A stretch of 44,614 nt of DNA from an uncultured Gammaproteobacteria bacterium (GCA_964603435.1 CAZRUM010000003.1:1-44614); one strand, 5' to 3'; shown: positions 10,551-18,905, counted from the stretch's first letter. The notes: generated by a model not told the origin, from the sequence alone. A program made the numbers and translations.

Positions 10551-10551
10551 C

Positions 10552-10571
10552 AAAAAACCCCTTTACTGGGG
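10552..10571 (-). terminator. intrinsic terminator after rsmA
   Basis: Minus strand CCCCAGTAAAGGGG followed by TTTTTTG. Confidence 0.55.
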
Positions 10572-10603
10572 ATAACAAACATATTGAATACACTAAATAC
10601 AAC

Positions 10604-11458
10604 TTATTTTTGTACTTTCGTATTTTTAGTGTTTAGTATATCTGTTATTTCTTTCCACTGCTCTACTAACAACTCCTCTGCTCTAATTTTTTCATTCCCT
10701 GTTACAGTATTTAATATATGTTTAATTTGCTCAGCTTCAATTTTTAAACCCACTGCCAAATTCCGCCATAACTGTTTACGCTTATTAGCAAACCCTACTC
10801 TTACTACTTCGAAAAACTCTTTATCTGTAAAGGTGGTTGAGTGGTTAGGTGGTCGAGTGGTGATGTGCAAAACCGCACTATCTACCTTTGGGCTCGGCCA
10901 AAAATTTCCTTTAGAAACTTTGGCTATTTTTTTAGACTGCCCATAGTATTGAACTGACACTGCCAGCATACTCATATCTCCTGGCTTGGCTACAATACGA
11001 TCAGCCACTTCTCTTTGCACCATGACAGTAATGGACTCTGGTTTATTTTCTAATTCAAGCAGTGTTCTTAAAATATTGGAAGTAATTTGATATGGTAGAT
11101 TTGCTACCACCTTATAACCTTTAAATTTTTTACTTTCTTCTTCTATCTTGTTTAAAACATTTCCCCAAATTACTTCTAAATTTTCTGAAGAATTTTCTTG
11201 CCAATATTTTTCTAATTTTTTTTCAATTTCAAAAGCTAAAACTTTTTTAACTTTTTCTGTAAGTGCAAAAGTAAGTACACCAAAACCAGGTCCAATTTCT
11301 ACTACAATATCAGACTTTTTTAAATCAGCTGCCTCTAGCATTTTCTTTACAGGTGAATCAGTAATCAAATAATTCTGCCCATATTTTTTGGACGGACTTA
11401 AATTATACTTTTTGCAAAGTTCTTGAAGGTAAGTTGGACGAAATAAATCTTTGTACAT
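10604..11458 (-). CDS. rsmA: 16S rRNA (adenine1518/1519-N6)-dimethyltransferase
   Basis: KYGQNYL...VVEIGPGFGVLT SAM motif and NLPYQITS motif. The internal ATG at 11458 (MYKDLF) is preferred over the track start at 11479. Confidence 0.9.
   Translation of the reverse strand: MYKDLFRPTYLQELCKKYNLSPSKKYGQNYLITDSPVKKMLEAADLKKSDIVVEIGPGFGVLTFALTEKVKKVLAFEIEKKLEKYWQENSSENLEVIWGNVLNKIEEESKKFKGYKVVANLPYQITSNILRTLLELENKPESITVMVQREVADRIVAKPGDMSMLAVSVQYYGQSKKIAKVSKGNFWPSPKVDSAVLHITTRPPNHSTTFTDKEFFEVVRVGFANKRKQLWRNLAVGLKIEAEQIKHILNTVTGNEKIRAEELLVEQWKEITDILNTKNTKVQK
10831..10867. repeat. AGGTGGTY octamer array inside rsmA
   Basis: Plus strand AGGTGGTT GAGTGGTT AGGTGGTC GAGTGGTG ATGTG. Encodes HITTRPPNHSTT on the coding strand. 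Confidence 0.7.
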
Positions 11459-11498
11459 AGAAATACATAGAGATAACATAGAGATAAAATTGAGATAA
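11456..11498. repeat. tandem 11-mer array (CATAGAGATAA-type) downstream of four-helix-bundle gene 1
   Basis: CATAGAAATA, CATAGAGATAA, CATAGAGATAA, AATTGAGATAA read directly. Inverted partners lie at 11896-11938. Confidence 0.7.
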
Positions 11499-11502
11499 TA
11501 AC

Positions 11503-11892
11503 TTATCTTTTATCTTTTTGCCTATGCCAATCGTTTATCTGATTATTAATTTTAATTTTAAGTTGTTCATATCTTTTTTCTAGCTCTAACCATTTTTCTT
11601 TTTTTACATACTTTTGACTATAAGCTATCCAGAGATGACTTTGGGTTTCTTCTACTTCACCACGTACAATATAGAATACTCTAATTTTATCTTTGAAATG
11701 AAATCTACCATGTGCTTCGGCAGTATTAGCTACTATAGAATTGGATGATCTTCTAGTTTGGCTTATTAAAGAAAACTTTTCTTCTTCTGGATAATTTTTG
11801 GTAATATTATAGACTTCCTTTACCAGTTCAAATCCTTCTTGCCAAATATCAGTCTGATAAAATTTTTTATATTTTATTTTTTCACCCTCCAT
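11503..11892 (-). CDS. four-helix-bundle protein (23S rRNA intervening-sequence protein family)
   Basis: Family-typical motif RRSSNSIVANTAEAHGR and a length of about 120-130 aa. Confidence 0.85.
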   Translation of the reverse strand: MEGEKIKYKKFYQTDIWQEGFELVKEVYNITKNYPEEEKFSLISQTRRSSNSIVANTAEAHGRFHFKDKIRVFYIVRGEVEETQSHLWIAYSQKYVKKEKWLELEKRYEQLKIKINNQINDWHRQKDKR

Positions 11893-11980
11893 AAATTATC
11901 TCTATTTATCTCACGAGCAAAGCGAGTGTATCTCAATTTATTAAAATGTTTTTTAGCACAAACACCACGCTCCACTCTCT

Positions 11981-13135
11981 TTACTCCGCAGACAACAACC
12001 CCGCACTCGTATATCGATTCGCTGCATTCCATAACAACCACCCACCATCACTGTATTTTTCTACCATATCAATTTGTTGACGAATTTTTACTCCATCAGA
12101 ATACACTGCACCGATATCAAATGCTTGCAACCAAGGACGAACTTTAGCACGCTTACCTTCAAAAGTTGGCATACCTTTTTTCATACCATTTTCAATAATG
12201 ATTCCTGGAATCTCTGCTGGATTTTCTACCCCAAAAGAATTTCTTGAGTAATGTGACGGATACATCATAGGGCAAATATAATCAGTCGAGTCCACTGCAT
12301 CTACCATGCGCTGACCAATGTGCAAATCACCAGTACGCTCCATAACATAACCAAACATATCCAATGAAATCCAAGCTCTCTCTTTGTCTAGTTGTTCACT
12401 CAAATGGGCATAAAACCGTTGCATTACTTCATACCTAGGTTCATCGCCAGTATTGTAAACTACCAGACTCATATTGCCGTCAGATGGAAACCTGACATAA
12501 TCAAAATTGATTTCATCAAAACCAAATCTAATCGCCTCTTTAGCAATTGCCACGTTATAATTCCACACCTCACTTCGAGTTGGATCTACCCAAGCCAGCC
12601 CTTTATTATCTCGCCATATTCCACCATTTTTAGACTTTATAGACCACTCTGGTTTTCTTTCTGCCAAAACAGGATCTTGAAAAACAGTTTGACGTGCAAT
12701 TACATAAATATCATTATCATGAAATTTTTGTATAATACTTTTTACATCACCCAAACGATTCGTCTCTGTTTTAAATTCATTTACCCAAAGTAAATTGCTA
12801 TCATACATTACATATCCAGAATAATCTTTGATATCAATAACGACAGCGTTTAATTCTGTCTTATTAATTAAATCAATGATACGATCAGTAGTCTTGTTAC
12901 TAGAAGCTGAATAGGCTGTCAGATAAAGACCTTTTACCTCTCGTTTGTTGGGTTTTTGTCTTTTTATTTTCAAATCTACTTCAAGATTTTTCTTTGGTGT
13001 AATATTATTAGCTTCAAAGAATAAATTTTCTTCAGTCTGCAAAGTATCAGACCAACCCCAACCCACCAACAAAAAAGCTACTAGGCCTATCCCTATAGCT
13101 AATATAAAATATAATTTTGGATGTTTGTGATTCAT
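11981..13135 (-). CDS. membrane-anchored putative glycoside hydrolase (DUF4015-type TIM barrel)
   Basis: N-terminal TM, then VKGLYLTAYSA...NAVVIDIKD...FDEINFDYVRFP, recalled as typical of the DUF4015 family. Confidence 0.7.
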   Translation of the reverse strand: MNHKHPKLYFILAIGIGLVAFLLVGWGWSDTLQTEENLFFEANNITPKKNLEVDLKIKRQKPNKREVKGLYLTAYSASSNKTTDRIIDLINKTELNAVVIDIKDYSGYVMYDSNLLWVNEFKTETNRLGDVKSIIQKFHDNDIYVIARQTVFQDPVLAERKPEWSIKSKNGGIWRDNKGLAWVDPTRSEVWNYNVAIAKEAIRFGFDEINFDYVRFPSDGNMSLVVYNTGDEPRYEVMQRFYAHLSEQLDKERAWISLDMFGYVMERTGDLHIGQRMVDAVDSTDYICPMMYPSHYSRNSFGVENPAEIPGIIIENGMKKGMPTFEGKRAKVRPWLQAFDIGAVYSDGVKIRQQIDMVEKYSDGGWLLWNAANRYTSAGLLSAE

Positions 13136-13136
13136 A

Positions 13137-13742
13137 TTATTCTACTATTAATTCACCTTGTCTCAATACCTCTACCATACCATTAGACACTTTCACTATT
13201 GTAGATGGGGCATGCTGAGACAATTGCCCAACGTCAATAATAATATCTGGCTGAAATTCCTGTCCTTCAAACATATGCAAAACACTTTCTATATCATAAG
13301 CACTCTTTTGTCTCGTAATATTAGCTGAAGTCGAAACTAAAGGATGACCTAGTTTTTCGGAAATTTCTTTGGCCAAGGGGTAATCAGTAATACGAAAAGC
13401 CACTGTATTATCTTCTCCCACGACTCCTTTTGCCAAGGTACAGTTTTCACGTGCTTCGCTAACAACAGTTAGAGAACCGGGCCAATATTTATCTGCCAAT
13501 TCCTGTATTTTTTTCCCCCAGGGTACATACTCAACCATCATATCTATATCACCAGCTACTACTAAAACAGGCTTATCTGCCTGGCGTTTTTTTATTGCAA
13601 AAATTTTATTTACCGCTTCTTGATTTGTAGCATCACAACCTAAGCCGTAAACAGTCTCGGTAGGATAAACTATCACTTTGCCTTGTTGCAAAGCTTCTAC
13701 AATTTTATCAACGTCTAAATTTTCTTTTTTGACAACCTCCAT
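13137..13742 (-). CDS. tsaC: L-threonylcarbamoyladenylate synthase (Sua5/YwlC/TsaC family)
   Basis: VIVYPTETVYGLGCDA and KPVLVV motifs; 201 aa. Confidence 0.9.
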   Translation of the reverse strand: MEVVKKENLDVDKIVEALQQGKVIVYPTETVYGLGCDATNQEAVNKIFAIKKRQADKPVLVVAGDIDMMVEYVPWGKKIQELADKYWPGSLTVVSEARENCTLAKGVVGEDNTVAFRITDYPLAKEISEKLGHPLVSTSANITRQKSAYDIESVLHMFEGQEFQPDIIIDVGQLSQHAPSTIVKVSNGMVEVLRQGELIVE

Positions 13743-13744
13743 AC

Positions 13745-13787
13745 GATTTAAGATTTAAGACTTATGACATAAGACTCATTGACATTT
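13745..13787. repeat. heptamer array (GAYWTAA-type) at the 3' end of four-helix-bundle gene 2
   Basis: GATTTAA GATTTAA GACTTAT GACATAA GACTCAT, then GACATTT. The inverted copy GACATAA GACTTAA GATATAG lies at 14141-14161. Confidence 0.65.
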
Positions 13788-14132
13788 TATAAGACCATTC
13801 AACATCCTACCAATTTTTCTAGCCTTATTGGTCAATTCTTCTGCCTGTTTCAAATTAATATATTTTAAATGTAAAGTTAATATAAAATAATATTTAGTCT
13901 CTTCAAGTGAGGTATCAGACATTGTATAAAAATGTTTTCTATCTTTTGATGTTTTTCTTTTTGTTCCTTCTACAATATTAGCTACGATTGAGACCGATGA
14001 TCTTCTCACTTGAGACACTAAACCATACAACTCGTGTTTAGGAAAATCCTCTGTAATCTTATAAACCTCCAAAACTAATTTATGTGCCTCAAACCACACA
14101 TCTAATTTTCTCCATTTTTCTAATGTTTCCAT
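13776..14132 (-). CDS. four-helix-bundle protein (23S rRNA IVS protein family)
   Basis: RRSSVSIVANIVEGTKR motif; 118 aa. Confidence 0.85.
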   Translation of the reverse strand: METLEKWRKLDVWFEAHKLVLEVYKITEDFPKHELYGLVSQVRRSSVSIVANIVEGTKRKTSKDRKHFYTMSDTSLEETKYYFILTLHLKYINLKQAEELTNKARKIGRMLNGLIKCQ

Positions 14133-14161
14133 AGCCCTCCCTATATCTTAAGTCTTATGTC

Positions 14162-15265
14162 CTATACCTCTTTTAACCAACGTAAATAACTTTCAACAAA
14201 AGGTTCAACGTCCCCATCAAGCACTGCTTTATCATCTGTAGTTTCATATTTACTACGCAAATCTTTTACCATATGGTATGGATGCAGGACATAACTACGA
14301 ATTTGATTCCCCCACTCTGGACTCTTGTATTCACCGCGAAGTTTTAATCTTTCTTCTTCATCTTTTTCTTCCTGAAGTTTTTGTAATCTTGATTGTAAAA
14401 CCTTCATGGCCACTTTTTTATTTTGCAATTGTGATTTTTCATTTTGAATAGCAACTGTGATATTGGTTGGGAGATGAACTATACGCACAGCTGAGTAAGT
14501 GGTGTTTACAGACTGACCACCATGACCACCAGCCATAAAGGTATCAATACGTAAATCATTCTCATCAATTTTTACGTCACCTTCATCTTCCATTTCTGGA
14601 ATTACTTCGACAAGTGCAAAAGAAGTATGGCGCATTTTTTCTGCATCAAAAGGTGAAATACGCACCAAACGATGTGTACCATGTTCGGATTGCAAATAAC
14701 CATAAGCAAACTGCCCCTCTACACGAAAGGTAGTTGATTTTATCCCAGCTTCATTTCCCTTGGCTTCGTCAAGAATTGTCACTTTCCAATCTTTTTTCTC
14801 AGCATAGCGTAAATACATACGAAGTAACATCTCTGCCCAGTCTTGAGCTTCTGTTCCACCACTACCAGCATGAATAGAAACAATGGCATTTTTTTCATCA
14901 TGTTTGCCATCCAATAAAGTATTGAACTCTAACTTGTCTACTTTTTTAATAAGCTCTTCATAATCATTTTCAATTTCTTCACGCATATTTACTTCTCTGT
15001 CTTCTTCGTCTAGTTTTGCGACTTCCAGCAATTCTTGTGATTCTTTATCAAGCATTTGCCAACTCTCAAATTCTTCTTTTAGAAAACCAAGGCGCTTACT
15101 CTTTTTGGTCGCTTTCTCTTGATCATTCCAAAAATCTGGAGCATTCATAACACTTTCTAATTCTTGAACTTCCTTCTGTTTTTCTTCCAATCTCAACATC
15201 ACTCGCAAGTTAGCCAGTTTTTCACGAAGTTCTCCTAAATTTTTCACCAAATCATGCATTTCCAT
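14162..15265 (-). CDS. prfB: peptide chain release factor 2
   Basis: SPF motif (RISPFDAEKMRHTS) and GGQ motif (GGHGGQSVN). Single continuous frame. The track start at 15301 is a TTG lying inside an upstream terminator, so ATG 15265 (MEMHDLV) is preferred. Confidence 0.9.
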   Translation of the reverse strand: MEMHDLVKNLGELREKLANLRVMLRLEEKQKEVQELESVMNAPDFWNDQEKATKKSKRLGFLKEEFESWQMLDKESQELLEVAKLDEEDREVNMREEIENDYEELIKKVDKLEFNTLLDGKHDEKNAIVSIHAGSGGTEAQDWAEMLLRMYLRYAEKKDWKVTILDEAKGNEAGIKSTTFRVEGQFAYGYLQSEHGTHRLVRISPFDAEKMRHTSFALVEVIPEMEDEGDVKIDENDLRIDTFMAGGHGGQSVNTTYSAVRIVHLPTNITVAIQNEKSQLQNKKVAMKVLQSRLQKLQEEKDEEERLKLRGEYKSPEWGNQIRSYVLHPYHMVKDLRSKYETTDDKAVLDGDVEPFVESYLRWLKEV

Positions 15266-15277
15266 ATCTCTTATAAT

Positions 15278-15308
15278 ACAAAACTCTCGAGCTTTTAGCA
15301 ACCGAGAG
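15278..15308 (-). terminator. intrinsic terminator after the DUF4870-like gene
   Basis: CTCTCG / CGAGAG stem flanked by A/T runs. Confidence 0.5.
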
Positions 15309-15326
15309 TTTTATTTTTTAAAAAAT

Positions 15327-15692
15327 TCACAACCCCAAACTCTTTGCATACTGACCAATCCAGGGTAGTTCTTTCATATTACCCTGTAAAGCATTTACTA
15401 AACCAACTATCATAAGTATAAGGCAAGCAATATTCCCCAATAAACCTACCAGCCAACCCAAGATTGGAATCATCATGACTGCGCCAAATACCACCCAAGC
15501 AATCAGTAAGACCAAGCCCTGTTTACCATGAAACTGCGCGTACTGACTATCCTTTTTTAATAAAAGTGGTACTAAACATAAAATACCAAGATAACTAATA
15601 GCAGCAATTACTTTATTTTCTTCTACATCATTTGGACTAGTTGATTGTTGTGAGGGTTGTTGAGATTGTACTGGAGGCATTTGTTGATCCAT
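15327..15692 (-). CDS. small multi-pass membrane protein, DUF4870-like
   Basis: AAISYLGILCLVPLLLKKDSQYAQFHGKQGLVLL pattern. Confidence 0.6.
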   Translation of the reverse strand: MDQQMPPVQSQQPSQQSTSPNDVEENKVIAAISYLGILCLVPLLLKKDSQYAQFHGKQGLVLLIAWVVFGAVMMIPILGWLVGLLGNIACLILMIVGLVNALQGNMKELPWIGQYAKSLGL

Positions 15693-15744
15693 ATTTTTAA
15701 TTTTAAGGATTACTTATACATTATATAATGAATAAAGGAAAAAT

Positions 15745-16515
15745 GAAACAAAAAACCCTGCATTATTACACAATTCCATAGTGGCATATTGAACAAATGT
15801 GGGATAACAAATAATCATTTAAGATATATTTACTACCATGTGAGCCTAAGCCCAACTACCAACAATTGCCTCGCTCACCATAGAGCTGTTACTATCTGCA
15901 GGGTTTCTGACTCCGAAATAAATCGGAGGGAGGTATAACTACTCATAACTGGTATGACTTAAAAATTACGGCTAAGATAGTTTATCTCCTCCAAGAGGCT
16001 TTTTTAATCCGCCGCGGTATCTATCAGATCCCCTTCCATTCGATCCGAATCTCCGTCTCAGATTGCTTCAACAAATATTTTCAGTACTTGTTTTGCATCC
16101 CCTTCAGTTTGACCTGCCCTGGCAATTTTTGCCAGAACCATCCCTCGACAAACTCCTTTACTTTCATACAGCGAAAGATATTACTATCTAACTTCTCTGT
16201 GAAGCAAAGATGTGTCTGAAGTCAATGGGTCAACCGTTTACGAAGGTGCTGTTGACGGTTCACGGGATTAAAAAAGCCCAAAGTAGGAGACAAGCTCAAT
16301 ATGCCGTACATATATGATCTCGTGATGCCTGTCAGTAACACGAAATCGATGTCGAACACTATGTGCCTGCCACCAACTCTAGGCTTTTACCCTACCACCA
16401 AATGGAAGTAGTGTAGTGAGTTGAGGGACTTCCTCTATATAAATTTTGAATTCCCTCTTTTGTTCTTGTCTCTACCAACCTAAAGTCGGTATTTTGTCCT
16501 TTTATATTCCACGAC
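15745..16515 (-). ncRNA. candidate large structured RNA (unclassified), ORF-free G+C-rich island
   Basis: About 925 bp with no ORF of 60 aa or more in any frame. Own promoter at 16522-16550. Many local hairpins. A 10-bp long-range helix AAACCCTGCA/TGCAGGGTTT (15897-15906 with 15753-15762) is followed by a T run. Confidence 0.35.
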
Positions 16516-16521
16516 AAGGGT

Positions 16522-16550
16522 ATTATGTCATCCAGAGCACCATCTGTCAA
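16522..16550 (-). promoter_or_regulatory. sigma70-like promoter driving the ORF-free island
   Basis: Minus strand TTGACA, 17 nt, CATAAT. Confidence 0.5.
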
Positions 16551-16566
16551 GCTGGGGATAAAAATA

Positions 16567-16590
16567 AATTTAGCTAAGCTTAGCTAAATT
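16567..16590 (-). terminator. 24-nt perfect palindrome terminator after the O-antigen-ligase-like gene
   Basis: AATTTAGCTAAGCTTAGCTAAATT followed on the minus strand by TATTTTTAT. Confidence 0.55.
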
Positions 16591-16618
16591 ATATATAAAA
16601 GGTGGACTTCCTGTGGAG

Positions 16619-17935
16619 CTACTGTGTATTATATTTGGACAAAACGCCCCAATACAGCCCCGAGAGCATTAGACCTACATAGGAGGTATAAAGATAATGA
16701 TCGAAACACATCAGCAAGCAGTAAACAACAAGCAACAAAATTGATAACAACAAATATTTTCTTATAAAAGAAAAGTTTAAAATAATAAAAGAAACAAAAA
16801 CACAAACAATCAAAATAATGCCCACAATACCCAGCTCAGAAAATAACAACAAACCAACATTGTGCACCGGCTGATATTGCCAACCTGGTAAATTTGGATT
16901 TTGTTCATACAATGCCAAAGTATAATTTCCTGCTCCCACACCTAGCCACATATTATTTTTAAAAATATCAATTGATTCCCCTACTTGATTTTTCCTCTCT
17001 GTGATTGATTCTATTTCATTGGCTGAAGTACCAGAAACACGCACTGCCAAAACTGGAATTAAAATTAAAATTAAAATAATTATCGGTAATATAGTAAGGC
17101 TAGCTTTATAAAAAAAATGTTTCAAAACCAATTTTTTTTCTGACAAATAATAAATAATTAAAACTACAGGTAAAGCCAGCAAAGCTGAACGACTGAAAGT
17201 AAAAAATAAAGTAGTAAGTAGTAAACAATAAGTGAAAAACAAAATAATTTTAAATTTTTTGTCTCTGACTTTCAAACTAAATAATGATAAAAATAATATA
17301 ACTATAACTAAATAGCCTCCAAAAATATTTGGATGATTTAGAGATCCATAAGCACGAAGCAACCTGCCCAAACCCGTACCAGATACAATCGAGGCTCCAG
17401 CCAAACTAGAATCATAACCAGCCAAACCTAACCATTTACAAGCCAGGCTACTTTGCCAGACAAATTGAAATATTCCCAACAAAACTGGCAAAATAGAACC
17501 TAAAATCAACCAACGAGCCATAGATTTAAAATCAAGCGGACCCAAAAATAAAATAAAAAATAATAAAAAGCCTTCCATAATACGCAGACCATGTTGCCAA
17601 GCCAGCTGACTATCCAGTGCCCACACAGATGACAATAAAACATAAATTGTAAATAATAAAATAGAAAAAACAAAAATCCTATCTCGAGAAATTTGAAATT
17701 TTAAATCTCTAAACTTTGCTTTCTTTTTCTGCCAAAACCAACCTAGAAACACTAAGACAATTGACCATAATAAAATTTCTGTTGCATAAAAACCAAGCGT
17801 CCCCCATTGTAATTTGTAACCATGAGTACTCACCTCTCTGTATATCCAAATAGTTTGCCAAGGCAATAAAAACAAGAAGGCCTTAATTAAAAAATTAAGT
17901 ATTTGTTCCAAATGAATTTCTTTTTTATACCACAT
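16619..17935 (-). CDS. O-antigen ligase / Wzy_C family polytopic membrane protein
   Basis: About 10 or more TM segments and the FTFSRSALLAL motif. Confidence 0.7.
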   Translation of the reverse strand: MWYKKEIHLEQILNFLIKAFLFLLPWQTIWIYREVSTHGYKLQWGTLGFYATEILLWSIVLVFLGWFWQKKKAKFRDLKFQISRDRIFVFSILLFTIYVLLSSVWALDSQLAWQHGLRIMEGFLLFFILFLGPLDFKSMARWLILGSILPVLLGIFQFVWQSSLACKWLGLAGYDSSLAGASIVSGTGLGRLLRAYGSLNHPNIFGGYLVIVILFLSLFSLKVRDKKFKIILFFTYCLLLTTLFFTFSRSALLALPVVLIIYYLSEKKLVLKHFFYKASLTILPIIILILILIPVLAVRVSGTSANEIESITERKNQVGESIDIFKNNMWLGVGAGNYTLALYEQNPNLPGWQYQPVHNVGLLLFSELGIVGIILIVCVFVSFIILNFSFIRKYLLLSILLLVVYCLLMCFDHYLYTSYVGLMLSGLYWGVLSKYNTQ

Positions 17936-18905
17936 ATTTTTTACATTTTTCTAACCACTTATCTCGATATTCCTCCCGCCTATCATTCTCATGAAACTTC
18001 AACATCTTATCATTTACCACTACCCGAGTGTCTGGTTCATTTTGCACACTCATATAATTTAGCTTCATACGATTGAGCTGCATACCACGAGCTTGAGCCT
18101 CGAGCAAACTTCCATATCCACTACCCCAAATTTTTTCTAATAATTTTTTAAATTTAAAATTACCCTGAACTTTCCACCTATCTATAACATCATATTTTTG
18201 AAATGCATTTGGCAAATCCTGTTTTACCCAAGTATTAGCCCTTTGTAGGCTACTAAATAAATTATCTGGGTCATAAACTGGAATAAGCTGAGCCAACCAA
18301 TACTTCATATAAATATCATCCTTTATTGTTACACTTTCTAAATTCAAATTATCATCAGTCACATAAAAACTCAAACAAATTTTATTTTTAATTTTTCTTT
18401 TTGTACGCCTCATACCAAAAAAACCGAGGTAAAGTGTGACAAGACTGCGAGCTAAAAACAATCTACCTTTTTTTATAATAATGAAAACATCAATATCGCT
18501 GTCTTCATCAACCACTGAACTTGATAGAGTATTACAAACAAACACTGCTCGCACAAATGGCATACTGGCAATTTTTTTTACACCACGCTTCGCAATCTTC
18601 ATTTTATCTTCTACCAGCTTTACCCTGTCCTGTCTTTTTTCTACAATCTCTTCCCCGCCTGCAACGCTTGCACCCCGCCTGCCATTGCCTGGCACTGGAG
18701 GGCAGGTAGCATTGCGGGCAGGTCTACCAGATAAAAAATAAAACCCATCTTTATTTTCAAACTCAGATAATTGATCCACAAAATCTGCATAATCTTTTAC
18801 CCCTACCCCTTCTGCATATAAATACCTAAATAACTCCTCACTCGTGAGAGGATAATCAAAAATATCAAAATAGGCCAAAGTTTTTATAATAGAATTTTCT
18901 AACAT
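17925..18905 (-). CDS. hypothetical protein, possible nucleotidyltransferase fold
   Basis: IKTLAYFDIFDYPLT N-terminus and DEDSDIDVFIII motif. ATG at 18905 preferred. Overlaps the next gene by 11 nt. Confidence 0.6.
   Translation of the reverse strand: MLENSIIKTLAYFDIFDYPLTSEELFRYLYAEGVGVKDYADFVDQLSEFENKDGFYFLSGRPARNATCPPVPGNGRRGASVAGGEEIVEKRQDRVKLVEDKMKIAKRGVKKIASMPFVRAVFVCNTLSSSVVDEDSDIDVFIIIKKGRLFLARSLVTLYLGFFGMRRTKRKIKNKICLSFYVTDDNLNLESVTIKDDIYMKYWLAQLIPVYDPDNLFSSLQRANTWVKQDLPNAFQKYDVIDRWKVQGNFKFKKLLEKIWGSGYGSLLEAQARGMQLNRMKLNYMSVQNEPDTRVVVNDKMLKFHENDRREEYRDKWLEKCKKYVV
18654..18724. repeat. GC-rich nested palindromic element inserted in frame
   Basis: Coding strand CCTGCCCGCAATGCTA...AGCGTTGCAGGCGGG encodes PARNATCPPVPGNGRRGASVAGG. 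The arms match the nusA copy. Confidence 0.7.

Noticed and set aside
15266-15301. Track N-terminal extension of prfB (MLKAREFCIIRD).
   Set aside because: It starts at a TTG and lies within the terminator hairpin of the upstream gene. The internal ATG at 15265 is preferred.
15845-16435. RNase P RNA. On the minus strand, GAGGAAGTCCC (16435-16425) and GGGCTTAGG (15853-15845) could form a P4 helix with a bulged U, and CAGATAGTAAC resembles the AGAUGAAU region.
   Set aside because: The spacing of about 580 nt is too long. The ACAGAA of the 3' conserved region is missing. No P1/P2 pairing is found. GGAAGTCCC also pairs locally with GGGAATTC. An Rfam scan should still be run.
15745-16550. tmRNA or SRP RNA in the ORF-free island.
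   Set aside because: There is no tRNA-like acceptor/T-arm (GGTTCGAATCC-type) and no convincing GGAA-tetraloop domain IV motif. CCAGGGCAGGTCAAACTGAAGGGGATGC is only loosely SRP-like.
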